Origin: the human T2T-CHM13v2.0 reference genome, Homo sapiens
Strand: one strand, 5' to 3'
NCBI RefSeq assembly: GCF_009914755.1
Contig: NC_060929.1
Length of the DNA: 64,000 nt
Shown: positions 1-15,010 of the stretch, one piece after another
How positions within the stretch are numbered: position 1 is the first letter of the stretch
Layout: the number at the start of each line of letters is the position of its first letter
Notes under the pieces: model-generated
Databases searched by the model: none
What the model saw: the letters and a program-made list of their open reading frames with translations, nothing else
What the model was told of the DNA's origin: nothing
Translations under genes and position numbers: made by a program

Positions 1-228
1 TTGCCAAGGCAATATGATGAGGTAAGAGAGAAAGGCAAAGGATTTGAGGATGAAATAAAGTGAATGATTATAGTGTTTGACTATGGAATTTAAACTGAGG
101 AAGGAGGGAAAAGTGGCCCACAGGAAGAGGTGAGATAGCTAAAAAAAATGGTAGGATCAGTAGACTGTAGGTTCTAGTTGGATCCAAGGCTTGTTAGAGT
201 TACAATATAGACAGACGAGTTAGAAACC

Positions 229-495
229 CATGGCTTATGCCTGTAATCCCAGCACTTTGGGAGGCTGAGACAGGTGGACTGCTTGAGCCCAGAAGTTTGA
301 GACCAGCCTAGGCAACATGGCAAAGCTCTGTGTCCACAAAAAATACAAAAATTAGCTGGGCATGGTGATAATTCCAGCTACTTGGGAGGCTGAGGCGAGA
401 GGATCCAATGAGCCCAGGAGGTTGAGTCTGCAGTGAGCCGTGATCAGGACACTGCACTCCAGCCTGGGCAGCAGAGAAAGACTCTGTCAGAAGGA
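229..495 (+). mobile_element. AluJ-type SINE
   Basis: TGCCTGTAATCCCAGCACTTTGGGAGGC...TTGAGCCCAG...CACTCCAGCCTGGGC; its tail runs into the GA-rich tract. Confidence 0.9.
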
Positions 496-835
496 AAAAA
501 AGAAAGAAAGAGGGAAAGAGAGGAGAAAGGAGAGAGAGAAAAAAAAGAGAAAGAGAAAGAAGGAAAGAAAGAAAGAAAATAAAGAAAAGAAAGAAAGAAA
601 GGGAGAGAGAGGAAGGGAGGAAGGAAGGAAGGAAGGAATGGAGGGAGGGAGGAAGGGAGAGGGGGAAGGAAAGAAGGAGGGAAAGAAGGAGGGAAGGAAG
701 GAAGGAAAGAAGGGAGGAAAGAAGGAAGGAAGGAAGAGAGGAAGGAAGGAAGAAAGAAAGGGAGGAAGGGAGGGAGGGAAGGAAAAGAGGGAAAGAAGGA
801 GGAAAGGAAGGAAGGAAGAAGAGAAAGAAAGAAAA
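490..835 (+). repeat. GA-rich low-complexity tract (GAAA/GGAA/GGGA units)
   Basis: About 345 bp of almost pure purines directly after the Alu tail. Confidence 0.95.
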
Positions 836-1094
836 GTGGTTGTCAGAGAATAGTATGCAGCAAATTGAGATTATGAAGCTATTGCAATTATTGGCAACGA
901 GAAGATCTAGGATATAATTACGAGAATGATGAGCTGAGGTATGGTGGAAGACAAGATTATTGGAGAAGAGATATCCAAGGAACTAAATGGCCAGGTTTTT
1001 GGAAGTTTCTCCCATGTGTTTATTAACATTACCAAGAATTAAGACAGGAGTAGTAAACAGTGGGTCAGGAAATAAAAGCAAGAAATGAAGGACA

Positions 1095-1418
1095 ATGGAG
1101 GGGAAAATGAGGAGATGTTGGTCAAAAGGGTACAAACTTGAAGTTATAAGATTAGTAATTTCTGGAGACCTAATGTACAACACTGTGACTATAGTTAGTA
1201 ATAATGTATTGTATACTTGAAATTTGCTAAGAGAGTAGATATTGAGTATTCTTAACTTACAAGACTATAAATATGTGAAGTGATGGATATGTTAATTAGC
1301 TTGATTGTGGTAATAATTTTATAATGTGTATGTGTCTCAAAACATCATATTGCACACTTTGAATATATATTTTCATTTGCCAATTATACCTCAATAAGGC
1401 TGAATTAAAAAAAAAAAA
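1095..1418 (+). mobile_element. L1MA/L1MB 3' end
   Basis: GTTGGTCAAAAGGGTACAAA...GTATTGTATACTTGAAATTTGCTAAGAGAGTAGAT...CAATTATACCTCAATAA followed by poly(A). Confidence 0.8.
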
Positions 1419-3354
1419 GCAAAATTCCCAGATCCTACCAAGAAGAAAATGAAAATAAAAGAAATGAAGAACCGTAACCCAGGTGGCTAGGAGACAGAAG
1501 CAATAATGGAGACAGTGGATGATATAGTCTGATGACCTGAGCCTCACATCTGAGTATTTTTTTTAGGGAGAAAGAAGTGAGAATGCTCTGAAACTGGTGA
1601 CAAGGAGCAAAGAGGACACATACTCCCACCTGGCCCCAGTTGTATGGAAGAAGAAATATCTTACCACTTGACAGTGTAGGAGTAGGCTCAGGAGAGAGCT
1701 AGGTTTCAATTAGAGCAAGTGAGGGGAACCTTTAGAGAGGGTTGAAGATATAGAACTGTTTGTTGATGCTGGATCATGAGTTGCAAAGGACACAGTGTTA
1801 AAGGTTTCGGAAATTAGGGAGTGGTGGGAAAAACGAATAAAATAGGAGATATGCACAGAGTAGAAATTAGAATGGGAAATGAATAGGAAAGAGAGTATTG
1901 TGCTATTTGCAGATTTAATCTCAGACTAATTTTAGTGGGCTGGAGGCAGAGACTAGTGGTAAGGTTGTAAGCGTTGAGGAACAAGGAATAGTGGTTTTCC
2001 AGGAATTCCTCTTGATCCTACAGAAGGAGGCAAAGACATCTAGGAAGGCAGAGTCTTCCTCAGGCTCAAGGAGTCCCCTCTTGGTCCTGACAACAGCAAT
2101 TAGATCCAATGTCCTCGGATGATTCTTGACTCCTGCCAGGAGAAAAGTCTTTCTACAAGTATATGGGGCTCTCACTTGACCCTTGGCTGATGAAGGCAAG
2201 CTGATCAGGGGAGGCCAGATCTTCCTCCGACTATGTAACAGCTTCTTTCTAGCCCCTGTTGATGGAGTTGAAAAGGCCTAAAGAGGCTGGAAGTAGGTCT
2301 CTGCATTAGGGCGTATGTCCAGAATTAGCCCTGGAGTCAAGTTCCATGAAAAAAACCCAATGAGCTTTTGATTAGAATTGCATTGTATTTATAGAATGGC
2401 TTGAAGAAAATACTAGGTGCTCAATAAATGCTGTCTGAATGAATAAGTGAAACATGAATGATAGCCTTCATTTCAACCTCCCAGGAGTGTTAGCATATTT
2501 ACACCATCAGATATTTCAGTGCTTTCCCAAAAGCCACTCCTCTGTCCTTACCATCCTTGGAGTCTCTTTCTCTCTCCCTGGAGGATTCAGAGATTTGTGA
2601 GCAGATGGACAGCCCTTCATTTTACCAAACAAATCTCTCCTTTAAGTGTAACGTAACTCTGAGAGGAGAGGAAAGGAGATTTTTGAGATTTCCTAGTCCT
2701 TTTTCATGAGAAAGTTGGGTAGTAGTCACTGCTCTTCCTGCTTTATTTGTTCATCACTATCCTCAGTCAGGAACTTAAGAACCAAGCTGTCCATCAAGTT
2801 TTTTCTCACCAGGGAAGATACATAACTTATATTGCATCCCGTGTCTTTGCTGTCTGAGTTCCTGGGTTTATGAAGCTATTTATGAAGCCCATTAGCCAGA
2901 ATTTTGTAGAACACCAGGCCACAGGCAATGCCTGTAGCAGAAGGCAGTGAATGTAGCACTCCAGATGCTCTGAGAAGCCTTCCTGGTACTCTGAACTGTT
3001 CAATCTTTCCTCACTGACCCCAACTGCTTTCCTGTCCGTTAATCTCCTATAGCCTTCCCCATTTATCTCCATTAACCCTTACCCAGTCATATAAAATGAA
3101 TACTAATTCATACCTCTATTTTTCTGATCATGTTATTCCTGTTGCCTAAAGACCAAGTGGCATAGTACAATTATGCTTACTATTACATGTATATCAGATA
3201 GGCTTTGTCATAAAATTAGTGTGATTATAATATTAAACTTCATGTATAACTAGCCTTTGCTATATGACTGATTTAATCATGTCAAACATTAGATAGAATA
3301 ATAATAAAACTGTTACTTCTGGCATGCTGGGCAAACCCCTCTTCAACAAGCTCA

Positions 3355-3721
3355 TGATATAGTTTGGCTCTGTCTCTTCACCCAAATTTCATCTCGAATT
3401 ATAATCCCCACATGTCAGAGGAGGGGCCGGGTGGGAGGTGATTGAATCATGGGGGCGGACTTTCCCCTTGCTGTTCTCATGATAGTGAGTTCTCACAAAA
3501 TCTCATTGTTTGTTAAGTGTGTGATGCTTTCCTCTTCTCTCTCTCTCTCTTGCTTCACCATGGGAAGACATACCTTGCTTCCCCTTCACCTTCCACCATG
3601 ATTGTAAGTTTCCTGAGGCCTCCCCAGCCATATGGAACGGTGAATCAATTCAACCTCTTTTCTTCATGAATTACCCAGTCTCAGGTAGTTCTTAGTAGCA
3701 GTGTGAAAATGGACTAATACA
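3355..3721 (+). mobile_element. MaLR solo LTR (THE1D/MSTA-like)
   Basis: Termini TGATATAGTTTGGCT...GGACTAATACA; internal CCATGATTGTAAGTTTCCTGAGGCCTCCCCAGCC. Confidence 0.88.
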
Positions 3722-3850
3722 CTCTGTTTTCCAAGTGTTTTTTCTCATTTCCTTAAAGTATAGCACTGTCAAATAACTAATAAAAAATAGCTGTTCTTTG
3801 GTAATAGAAATATTGCTATCATCAACAATGTTCAACATGTGTATCCATAA

Positions 3851-4249
<399 letters not shown>

Positions 4250-4332
4250 TAAGTTTTTATTCACTGCCTACTATATTGTGCCAACCACAGTGGTATTTTT
4301 ACCCTAAGTATATTTGCCTGAGACTCACGTTA

Positions 4333-4845
<513 letters not shown>

Positions 4846-5066
4846 TCAACAATCACTGCTTAATCTGACCTTCATTTGCCCAGACTGGATTAGAATGCTC
4901 CTTTTTAACTCAATCCCTCTATGTTAACTTTTTATACTATTTGATTTATGTGCTTTTGGTTTTGCCATCATTAACCTAAGTAATTCGAAAAGTCTTGAAT
5001 AAATGAGGACTAAGTCAGATAACTATTTCAATTAACTCACTTTTCAGTTCTTAAAAATTATATTTT

Positions 5067-5366
<300 letters not shown>

Positions 5367-6874
5367 TTAAGTGATTGTGAAAAGTTTCTCAGATCATACA
5401 CAGATACACACACATAGACATATATGTATACACGTACATACATAATTGGCAAAACAAAAAAATATAATTTAGATTAAGCTTATTTTCTATTATAAAGTCT
5501 GGTATGAAGAATTTTATATTCTATTACAAATGTTTAAGGTTAAATTTTTTATGCCATTAACACAGATGGAATGTTTTTCATTTTTGAGGGAAAAGGAGAT
5601 TAAAATCTTTGCTGTTTTCTAATTGCTTAACTGAAAAAAAAAATCAAGAGGATCCCTATTATTAAGCCACTCTGCAGGATTTATTTTCCAAAGTTTAAGG
5701 TTTTAATTTAAAAAGACAATATTACATGTTGTTGTCAATTCCCTTCATATTTCAAGAAAGGATGATCCTTTATTAAAGTTGAAGAGCATTGCATTGCATT
5801 AATTATTTTGAAACAACAGCAATTTCCAATTCACTTCAGTAAAATTTAACTTCCTCATAAAATGTCAGTGGACACCCATTTCTTCAATATTGTTCATATC
5901 AATTGTCTTTAAATGTTTAAAATGTCAATAACTATTAAATATAAACTCTACTTCTGAAATAGAAATTAAATTTTCGTGAAGTAAAAATTTAAGTAATCAT
6001 TAAGTGTGTTGACATGTAAATCAATGTTCAAGTTTAGTGTTTTGAAACTTTTACAAAAGAACAAATTCCTTTGTTTTAAACAATTTTAATGAGGACATAG
6101 TTGAAAACAAAAACTTCTCAATTGCAATAATTTGGATTTTAATTTCGAAATAATAATCTTTAAAAGTCTAACATTAGTCACAGAAAGGGTTAAATTTATT
6201 TTTCACCATTTTGTGTTATGTATAATTAAACAAAAGCAAATTTGTACTCCTTAGGTGTTAGGCTGACATTTCCACTTCTGACTCTGTTTATATTAGACAC
6301 ATTCTTTTAAGCTACTTCAAGTATTTTTGGAACAAAGCAACACACAAAATAAACAAATGCATTATGTTTGTTGACATTTCTTTTTCTAGCATATCTGAAT
6401 ATCTATGTGATCTCCAGGATTGATGATAAAAATCAAACACTATACAGTACTATTTACTGTCGTCTTTTATGTAAGTGAGTTGTAAGAAGGTGAAATTATA
6501 CTTTGTTTTATATTCAAATAGAAGCAGTAAGATACTGAGTTATTGCCATAAGCAATCTTACAGATAGGTTCCAGAAATAACCAAAAGAACATTAGAAGAT
6601 GTAACAAGCTTTCTGTCACTTGTATTTATTATTCCTTGTGATAATATGAGCTTTACAAACCCTTTAAGTTCTTACCAAGGACCAAAACAGGCCAACTCTT
6701 CCTCCAAGTTATCTCTCCCATATACCCATTCCCACTCTACCCTACCCTACCACCATTCCCAGAAGTAATTCTGACCATAACCTTTCACTTACTCAACCTA
6801 CCACCCCATTCTCAATGCATTCCTAGGATTCTGCAACCACTAAAATCCAAAGGATAATTTCAAAACTGAGGTAG

Positions 6875-7385
6875 ATATGGTTGGTTGCCTAACATTCCCT
6901 AATTTTTCATTGTTTATATAGCAATTTAAGGAACCTTGAATTATTTCTAGCAGTAGCATTTCAGAGAAGGTGGGTTTTCCCTCCAGAAGAGGAAATGAAC
7001 CATAATTGGTCTAAATGAAGAGTGTAATCTCATCCTGCTTTGTTAATGGTTAATGTGACTTAGTTTTGCCTAATTTTGACCAATGAGATATAAGGGGAAG
7101 TCTGCTGACTAGACTTCTAGGAGGGTCTTACTCAAAGTAAAATAATCCTTTCTTTCTGCTTTAAATATATAAGGATGCAACAATCTTGTCACTGTGAGGT
7201 GGTTAAGTCTAGAACAATAGGCCAGCAGTCTGAGGAAGGCAGAGAAGAGGGTACCTGGGTCATCTGGAACCCCCTACTTGCAGACTACTTGTTTGCTGAG
7301 ATATTTGGATGTCTTTGTGGATTATGTAATTAATGATTGGATAATCTGTTACTTGTAATAGAAAATCTTCTTAACTAATTTTCAG
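6875..7385 (+). mobile_element. Ancient MaLR/ERVL-type LTR (MLT1-like)
   Basis: Degenerate motifs CCATAATTGGTCTAA, GTGACTTAGTTTTG and CCAATGAGATATAAGGGGAAGTCTGCTG. Confidence 0.5.
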
Positions 7386-7462
7386 AAAAGTAAAAGTTGA
7401 TAGTTTCCCCATTCCATTCAACTTCAAGCACTATCTAAAGCCTTTTAATGATGCCCCTTTTG

Positions 7463-7929
<467 letters not shown>

Positions 7930-8218
7930 TTAGAAGATAAATGTTTTTCTCTTCCATCATTTATTCTGTCTTGTGCTGTATGCCTATTCTAAAATTTTAT
8001 TACTACACAAGAAGCTTCATGAAATTATGACGAATTAGGTTTGCAAAAAGTCCCAATTTTATGTACCTTGGTCCCATCTTTATGATGTGTCAACTTTTAA
8101 CGTATATGATCTCCTCCCAAATCCCACCATCAACATTAGAATGTGTTTTCAGGAGAGGATGTTAGAGAGTTATATCCTTAGTATGATTTTAACATCAAGA
8201 TGCTAGAATGCCCTTAGG

Positions 8219-8395
8219 CAGTGATTTTTCAATGTATATATACATATCACCTGCATCAGAGTTACCTGCAAGGGTTTCTTAAAAATGCAGAATCCTCAGC
8301 CCCATCCCAGAACTGGTGAAACTGGAGTCTCTAAAGGTAGGACCCAGGAATCTGCATTGTATAAGCTCCCTCATTAAGGATTGAGAGCCACAGGC
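8219..8395. mobile_element. MER5-type hAT MITE
   Basis: TGCATCAGAGTTACCTG...TTAAAAATGCAGAATCCT...CCCAGGAATCTGCATT. Confidence 0.7.
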
Positions 8396-9449
8396 TTAAG
8401 GTGACTTATATTTTGTAGAGTTGGTTGGAGGTAAAGGAGACTTTGAGGTAGGGTAAGTCAGACCGTTAAATCATCCTGAAGAAGTGGGACAGCTGGGGAC
8501 TCTCTTGGCCATTTGCCATGTTACAATGCTTCCTTGTCAGTGAACATACAAACTTCTAAACTTTGATCAGGCACAGTGAGGCTTCCCCTTCTAATGAAAT
8601 CATTTATGTAATTGATAGCAATAACAAAGTCCATGGACTACTAATTTTTTTGGCTTACACTGAGTTATCTCTGATAGAAAATCTCTGCTAAAAATTCGTT
8701 TTTAATACCCGCATGTGAGAAAGTAAAAGTATTAATCAGAGATCATCACTGTCCATCACCTTGAGTATTAAAGGAGATCAGACCCATTAAGGGATGGAAG
8801 CAATGACCAGTTTCTGGATATTGCATTCCACCCAGACAAATCCCTTTTTATTCTGCCTTCCTTAAGAAAGATAGCTGGAGTGGAATAGAGGGCAGGGGAT
8901 CTCTAATTCCTGTTTGGACCTTTGAAATCATTCAACTATTTAGGAAAGACACTACACTACCAGTGGTTTGAGTAATTAGTATAAGTAACATTTCATTATT
9001 TACCAATATTATTTTGAGTAGAGAATAAAGAGACTTTGCTGAAAAGTATTTCTCACTGACATCTGAACTTTTCATTCACCGGCTTATAAAATGACCTATT
9101 ATTTCCAGGAGCTCGCAAGGAAAGGGAGTTTCCGAGATTACTAGCCAAGAATTCCCCTAAAACTGATGACCGTCAATGAATTTGGTTGTGTTTCACCTGA
9201 GACTTAAGAGGTACTTGAATACTTAATCAGCTTACCTCCACTGTTCTGCCCCACCTGAATCTTTAGAAGATTCAGGAGCTAAAATCTTTAGAAGATTCAG
9301 GAGCTAAAAAGAAGGCCTCTCAAAAATAAGAGACACCTGTCCCCCAGAGATTGGTGGAAGACAAAGGGCAGACAGGTATGATGAGTTCTAGATATTGCAG
9401 ATGCAAGTGCCCAGATGAGAACAGACTTATCTATTACATGAAAGAAACG

Positions 9450-9710
9450 GGCCGGGGTAATTGACTATATCAAAATAGCAAGAGCATGGCCCTTCTCAAG
9501 TCCAGCTCAGCCAAAAAGTACTATGTAGGAAGATTGCCCAGTGTGGACAAGTCTTCCAATTTTTTAAAAGAAGCTAGAAAGCTGAATGTTTACATGAAAG
9601 CTCCCAATTTCTAAATGTTGGTTCAGAAAAATTTTAAACACTGTGTGAGCCAATAAAACACATCTTCAAGGTTGAATTTGGCCTGCAAGCATACACTTGC
9701 AACCACAGAG
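9450..9710. mobile_element. MER102-like hAT-Charlie element
   Basis: TTTTTAAAAGAAGCTAGAAA...TAAATGTTGG...ACACTGTGTGAGCCAATAAAACACATCT. Confidence 0.55.
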
Positions 9711-10411
9711 GTTTGCTCTCAAAGGTAAAATAGAAAAGTTAAAAGACTATTAAGGTTTCCAAGCTAACTGGGGAGGACAGGGTTAGGTATATTTTGAAAA
9801 TTATTAATTTTTTTTTCTCTGCCTTTCTGAGTGCATGACATTGGCCCCATTCTACCTGAAACATTGAAACATCCATTGGCTTTGGAAAAACAAATTAGGA
9901 ATTTTTCACTGAAAAAATTAAAGAGAAAGACTAAGATAATATTTAGCTTCTGATGTTTAAAAGTTATTTTCTTCTGTGTACTATGTCAGCAAGCAGTAAG
10001 TAGCCATAAGTGGATCTGGAAACCAGATAATAGTACTATTTTCCAAATAGTTTAGTTTCCCATAGGTAAATTTAAAGGATCCACAGAGAATTCAGCATGT
10101 TCTTCCACTCAATGATAATTTTTCTATAAAATAGAACTCTCTTCTAATGCAGAAAAGCCTGAATAATTACTTGATGTCATGCCAAATATGTAACAGCAGG
10201 ACAATGTTAGTCAGACAGGGAGTAGGTATGGAGAGAGCCAAGCAAAATGTCCTTTTCTGGAATCAGCAATTCAGGAGTTAAAAGTTCAAAGTGAACGGTG
10301 GTCTAGAAATGGGAAGTCATGTCAGAGTCTAGACAAGGTACTTGCAGCACAGTCACTACAGAACAAGGTAGATTGGGATTGCCAGGTCTCAAAAGTCAAT
10401 GGGGGTAAGAT

Positions 10412-10735
10412 CTAGAACTTCCCAGTTCAATATGGTAGTCTCCAGCCATATGTGGCTAGTGAGAACTTGAAATGTGTCTTGTTTGAATTGAGATGTATTG
10501 TAAGTGTAAAACCTACAATGGATTTAGAAGACATTATTTTAAAAGGACATAAAATGTCTCATTAAAATTTTAAATTTTGATTACATGTTGAAACGATAGT
10601 ATTTTAGATATATTGGGTTAAATATAATATATTCCTAAAATTTATTGCACCTAATTCTTTTTACTTTTTTAATGTGGCTACTAGAAAACTTAAAAGAGCA
10701 AATGTATCTCATATTATATTTCCACTGGTCCAGGA
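10412..10735. mobile_element. MER33 hAT-Charlie element
   Basis: CAATATGGTAG..CAGCCATATGTGGCTA...TTGATTACATGTTGAAA...TTTAATGTGGCTACTAGAAAA, about 320 bp. Confidence 0.75.
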
Positions 10736-11269
10736 CATAAACTATTAAGCTAAGAGGAAAATCAGGACCCCAGGAACATCCTGATGGCAAAGCATGCAGT
10801 TCACATTCTTCTGCACTTCCTGATGAAGTGAGGAGATGGGGAATGGGATGTGGTAGGGCAGCTTTAGGTCTGCACACACGAAAAAGGAAGTTAGAGAAAT
10901 AGAGAACTCTGGAAATAACTAGACCTGCTGATGTTTACTAAAATGGTAAGAGAGCTAAGATAATAAAGATGTTTTTTAAAAATTGTTTTAACTAAAGCAA
11001 GATGAAAAGAAATGTAAACACATAAGTATAATCAGATACCTGTTTCACCAGTCTTGTACACTACCAAATCATTATTAGAACTAACTAATGCCAAGGCTTC
11101 CATACTTTGTTTGTTCCCAGCTTATTCCTGACTTCAAGATTTCTAACCATGCTTGTTCAAAGTTAAAAAAAAACTGTTGTAGCCAGCCTTCAGCTAGGAT
11201 TTTTGTTCAACCAGATCTTCATGCCAACAAGAAGCACCTCTTTCCTACTGTATGCTATTAAAGATTCAA

Positions 11270-11815
11270 TATTTCCTTTAGAATAAAATCCAGACATTTT
11301 CACCATAGTTTACATAATCTAGCCCCTGTCTAGCTCTACCGCCTCGATGTTCGCCACTTGCACATTAGACCACTGACACACTGGAATGAATGCATAATCA
11401 TTCCCATGCAGGAACTTTGCCCTTCCTTTTTCCTCTACCTGAACTACGCATTTGCCAAATCTTTGTGTGGTTTCCTCCTTATTTAAAGAGGCTTTCCCTA
11501 GTCATTCTTTGTGATCCTGCCCCCAACATCTCTTTCTATCTCATTGTGCTATTTTATTTTCTTCATAGCAATTACTGCTGCCTGAAATTGCCTTATTTTT
11601 TCCTTATTTATTACTAGTCTCCCCCACCCCCGCTTTTCCAAATGTGAGGAACCTATTCACTGTTGTGTCTTTATTGCAGGGTCATCACAGACAGTTGCAT
11701 TGATTATGCACTGCACAATTGTATCATAGTCTATGTGTATACATACATGGTGGCCTGCTCTCTAGGTGCCTGCCACATATAGGTGCTCAATAAAAATCCA
11801 GTAAGTGAATGAAAA
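11270..11815 (+). mobile_element. L2 3' end
   Basis: AGAATAAAATCCA...GTGCCTGCCACATATAGGTGCTCAATAAA...GTGAATGAA terminus. Confidence 0.65.
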
Positions 11816-12939
11816 GCTGCCTTTGTCCTTCAAGTTTCCCCAGTTTTCTTCAGCTCCTTTTGTTCATTTGTGACCCAAGAGGATAAGATTGAAATATTGA
11901 TATAGAAAAAAAATAGGTTCTAGTATAGGTAAAATTCTTTTCAAGTCTTTTTCAAAGCAACAAATTCTCTGGCATCTATGTTACATTTGACCCTGTTTAT
12001 TCTCGTTTGGAAAACCCTGCCCTTCAGATATTACTCCCAACCTAACCCAAGACACATATGCTTTTCATTTTCTTACCGAAAATTTAATCTCTTTATAATT
12101 GTTCTCCTTGCTAAGAGCCACAAGATCTTGGCAGGTTTGAACTCATAGTACTCATTACAGATATCATTCATTTGGGAATTTTTTTATGAGTTGACATATG
12201 AAATTTCTCCTACTTTTGTATTTATTCCCATCTAGCACTTAAATTTACATCTAACTTTTTATAGTGTGCCCCTGCCTGCGCTTCTACTATATGTTGTTGA
12301 GGAGACAGACTGATATTTCTACTTTCAATTCTCTAGGCAACTGTCAACTGTCCAGCCTATAATAGGTCCTCAATATCAAATGCTAATTTGAGATGATTCG
12401 CTTTTTTTAGTAACTGAATTTCTGATTCAGAATGAAATCTTTAAAAGGAACCAGGCTCCCTTTCTCAAGATACATCAGTGAAAAACACTTGAAAGTATAT
12501 ATCCAGCTGTTAACATTGTTTATTGAGAGGTTATTAGATTATGGTGGGTTTTTTCCTTCTAAAGTTTCTGACATTTTCTAATTTTTCTCACTGAGTTTTT
12601 ATTAAAATTTTAATTGGAAAAATAATGGAAATACATTGTGTTTTTGAAGACAGTACAACAATTACATATGCCGTAAATAGGTTTTGAAGACATAAATTCT
12701 GCTCAGGACTTGGGGGACTCTGTTCTCGAGTCCAGGCCCTCCCTCATGTTGCCTAGGAAGGTAGTGCCAGAGCTTGCCAGAGGGAAAGAGAATTGGCAGG
12801 TGGTGCCAGAAGTCTAGAACCAGGAGCAATCATGGTAAGTCGGAGCAGACGTTGGCAGAGAGAGGTTGAAGAGACAGTTGGAAGCTGGAAACAAGGAGAC
12901 CATTTTATTTCACTTAATCCATTTTATTTCATTTAAATT

Positions 12940-13125
12940 TTTTTACTTAGCATTTATCATACCAGCCACTTTCAAATTCATGATCTCACGTTAATCCTTT
13001 TATCACTTTGTGGAAGGTATTTATACACTAGTTTTCAGATGGGGCAAAGAGCATTCTCAGAAATGTAAATAATTACATTCATTCTCACAGCTAGTAGGTG
13101 GCAGAGACAAGATTCAAACTTCACA
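12940..13125 (-). mobile_element. MIR
   Basis: TTTTCAGATGGGG...TCACAGCTAGTAGGTGGCAGAG...GATTCAAAC. Confidence 0.55.
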
Positions 13126-14157
13126 ATAATTCCCTGCAAGACTCAAGTAAGAGAAGATTGGTGGTTCAGAACTGAGACCACAACTGCTCAGTTTCTAGAC
13201 TGATGCTGCTTGGAAAAATCCTGTTGCACTTGAACTTGCCTGGCTAAGTTCAGATGTTTTAAAGAAGCTTATCAAACCAGACATTAATTAGGACCCCAAA
13301 ATCTGGTCAGACGCTAGCAGGAAAGTGGGAGATATATTTTAGGGATTCCTGGGATTCAGACTTCACAGGCCTTGCTCAGTCATCACATTTATTAATATTT
13401 GCCCAAATCCTGGGATGGGAATGAGAGAATGAGGAACACACTGATTAGCAACTTTCAATCTCTGCTGACCTAACATTGTGTAATAAATTGGTCAAAAGCT
13501 TAGTCTTTGGAATAGAGCAATCACAAGTAAATTCTCAGTTCTGTTTTTTCCTGGCTGGGTGACACTGAGGCCAGGCACTTAACCTCTCTGAGGCTTCATT
13601 TCCTTAATGCTGAAATGAACATGGGGGTGTAGGTATCCCTTTGATATACTGATCTACTTTTCTTTGGATAAATACCCAGTAGTGGGATTGCTGGATCATA
13701 TGGTAATTCTATTTTTAGTTTTTTGAGAAATCTTCATGCTATTTTCCATAATGGCTATACTAATTTACATTATTACCAACGCTGTATGAGTTCCTTTTTC
13801 TCCATATCCTCACCAGCATCTGTCTTTTTGTAATTAGCATTCTAACTGGGATACGATAATATCTCTTTGTGGTTTTGTTGATTTACATTTCCCCGATGAT
13901 TAGTAATGTTGAACATTTTTTCATATAGCTGTTGGTCATTTGTCTTCTTTTGAGAAATATCTATTAATATCCTTGCCCAATTTTTAATGGGGTTATTTGG
14001 GGGGTTTTTTTGCGGTTAAGTTCCTTGTACATACTGGATATTATTCCCTTGTCAAATGAGCAGCTTGCAAATATTTTCTCCTATTCAACAGGTTGTCTCT
14101 TCACTGTGTTGATTGTTTTATTTGCTGTGCAAAAGCTTTTTGGTTTAATACAGTCAC

Positions 14158-14542
14158 CACATTAGTTCATTCTCACATTGCAATAAAGAAATACCTGAGG
14201 CTGGGTAATTTATAAAGAAAGGAGGTTTAATTGGCTCATGGTTCTGCAGGATATACAGGATGCATAGTGGCTCCTGGAGAGGCCTCAGGAAACTTTTACT
14301 CACGGCAGAAGGCAAAGCAGGAGTAATCTCTTACATGGCCGGAGCAGGAGGAAGAGGGAGAGGTAGTAAGAGCTACACACTTTTAAACCAGCAGATCTTG
14401 TGACAACTCACTATCATGAGAACAGCACCAAAAGGGAAATCGCCACCATAATCCAATCGCCTCCCACCAGGCTCCACCTCCAACGTAGGGGATTACAATT
14501 TGACATGAGATTTGGGTGGAGGCACAGACCCAAACCATATCA
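14158..14542 (-). mobile_element. MSTA-like MaLR solo LTR nested in the L1
   Basis: ATTAGTTCATTCTCAC...CTGGGTAATTTATAAAGAAA...CCAAACCATATCA; L1 sequence resumes on both sides. Confidence 0.85.
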
Positions 14543-14833
14543 GTTGCATTTGTCTATCTTTGCTTTTGTTGCCTCTGCTTTTGAGGTCTTTGCCATAAAA
14601 TCTTTACCTAGACCAATGTCTTGGAGTGTTTCTCCTATGTTTTCTTCCAGTCATTTTATAGTTTCAGGTTCTATATTAAAGTCTTTGATCTATTTTGAGT
14701 TGATTTTTATATATAGTGAAAGGGGTCTAGTTTCATTGTTATGCATATGGATATAGAGTTTTCCCAGCACATTTATTAAAAAGACTTGAATGGATGTTCT
14801 AGGTGCCTTTGTCAAAAGTTAGTTGGCTGTAAA

Positions 14834-15010
14834 CCAGGCTTGGTAGCTCAGACCTGTAATCCCAGTTATGTGGAAGGCTGAAGTGGGAGGATTACTTGAG
14901 CCCAGGAGTTCAAGCCTGCAGTGAGCTATGACCATGCCACTGCAATTCAACCTGAGTGACAGAGAAAGACCCCATCGCTACAAAAAAAAAAAAATCAAAT
15001 TAAAAAAAAA
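14834..15010 (+). mobile_element. Alu monomer (FRAM/right arm)
   Basis: Single arm with A-tail; degenerate TSD AGTTGGCTGTAAA / AGCTGGCAGTAAA. Confidence 0.8.

Larger units (their letters stand above)
1..1850 (-). mobile_element. LINE-2 fossil (endonuclease region), interrupted by an Alu, a GA-rich tract and an L1M 3' end
   Basis: Purine-rich L2-like sequence on +. The minus-strand translation near 983-1060, 'TTPVLILGNVNKH', resembles the APE-endonuclease ILGDFNxH motif. Confidence 0.55.

Noticed and set aside
440-853. 137-aa K/E/R/G-rich ORF
   Set aside because: Translation of an Alu end plus a polypurine tract that cannot encode stops.
2827-3350. GPCR-like motifs on the minus strand (FWLMGFINSFINP resembling TM7, SLSD resembling TM2)
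   Set aside because: The motifs are only ~110 codons apart, far less than in a class A GPCR, and no DRY motif is present.
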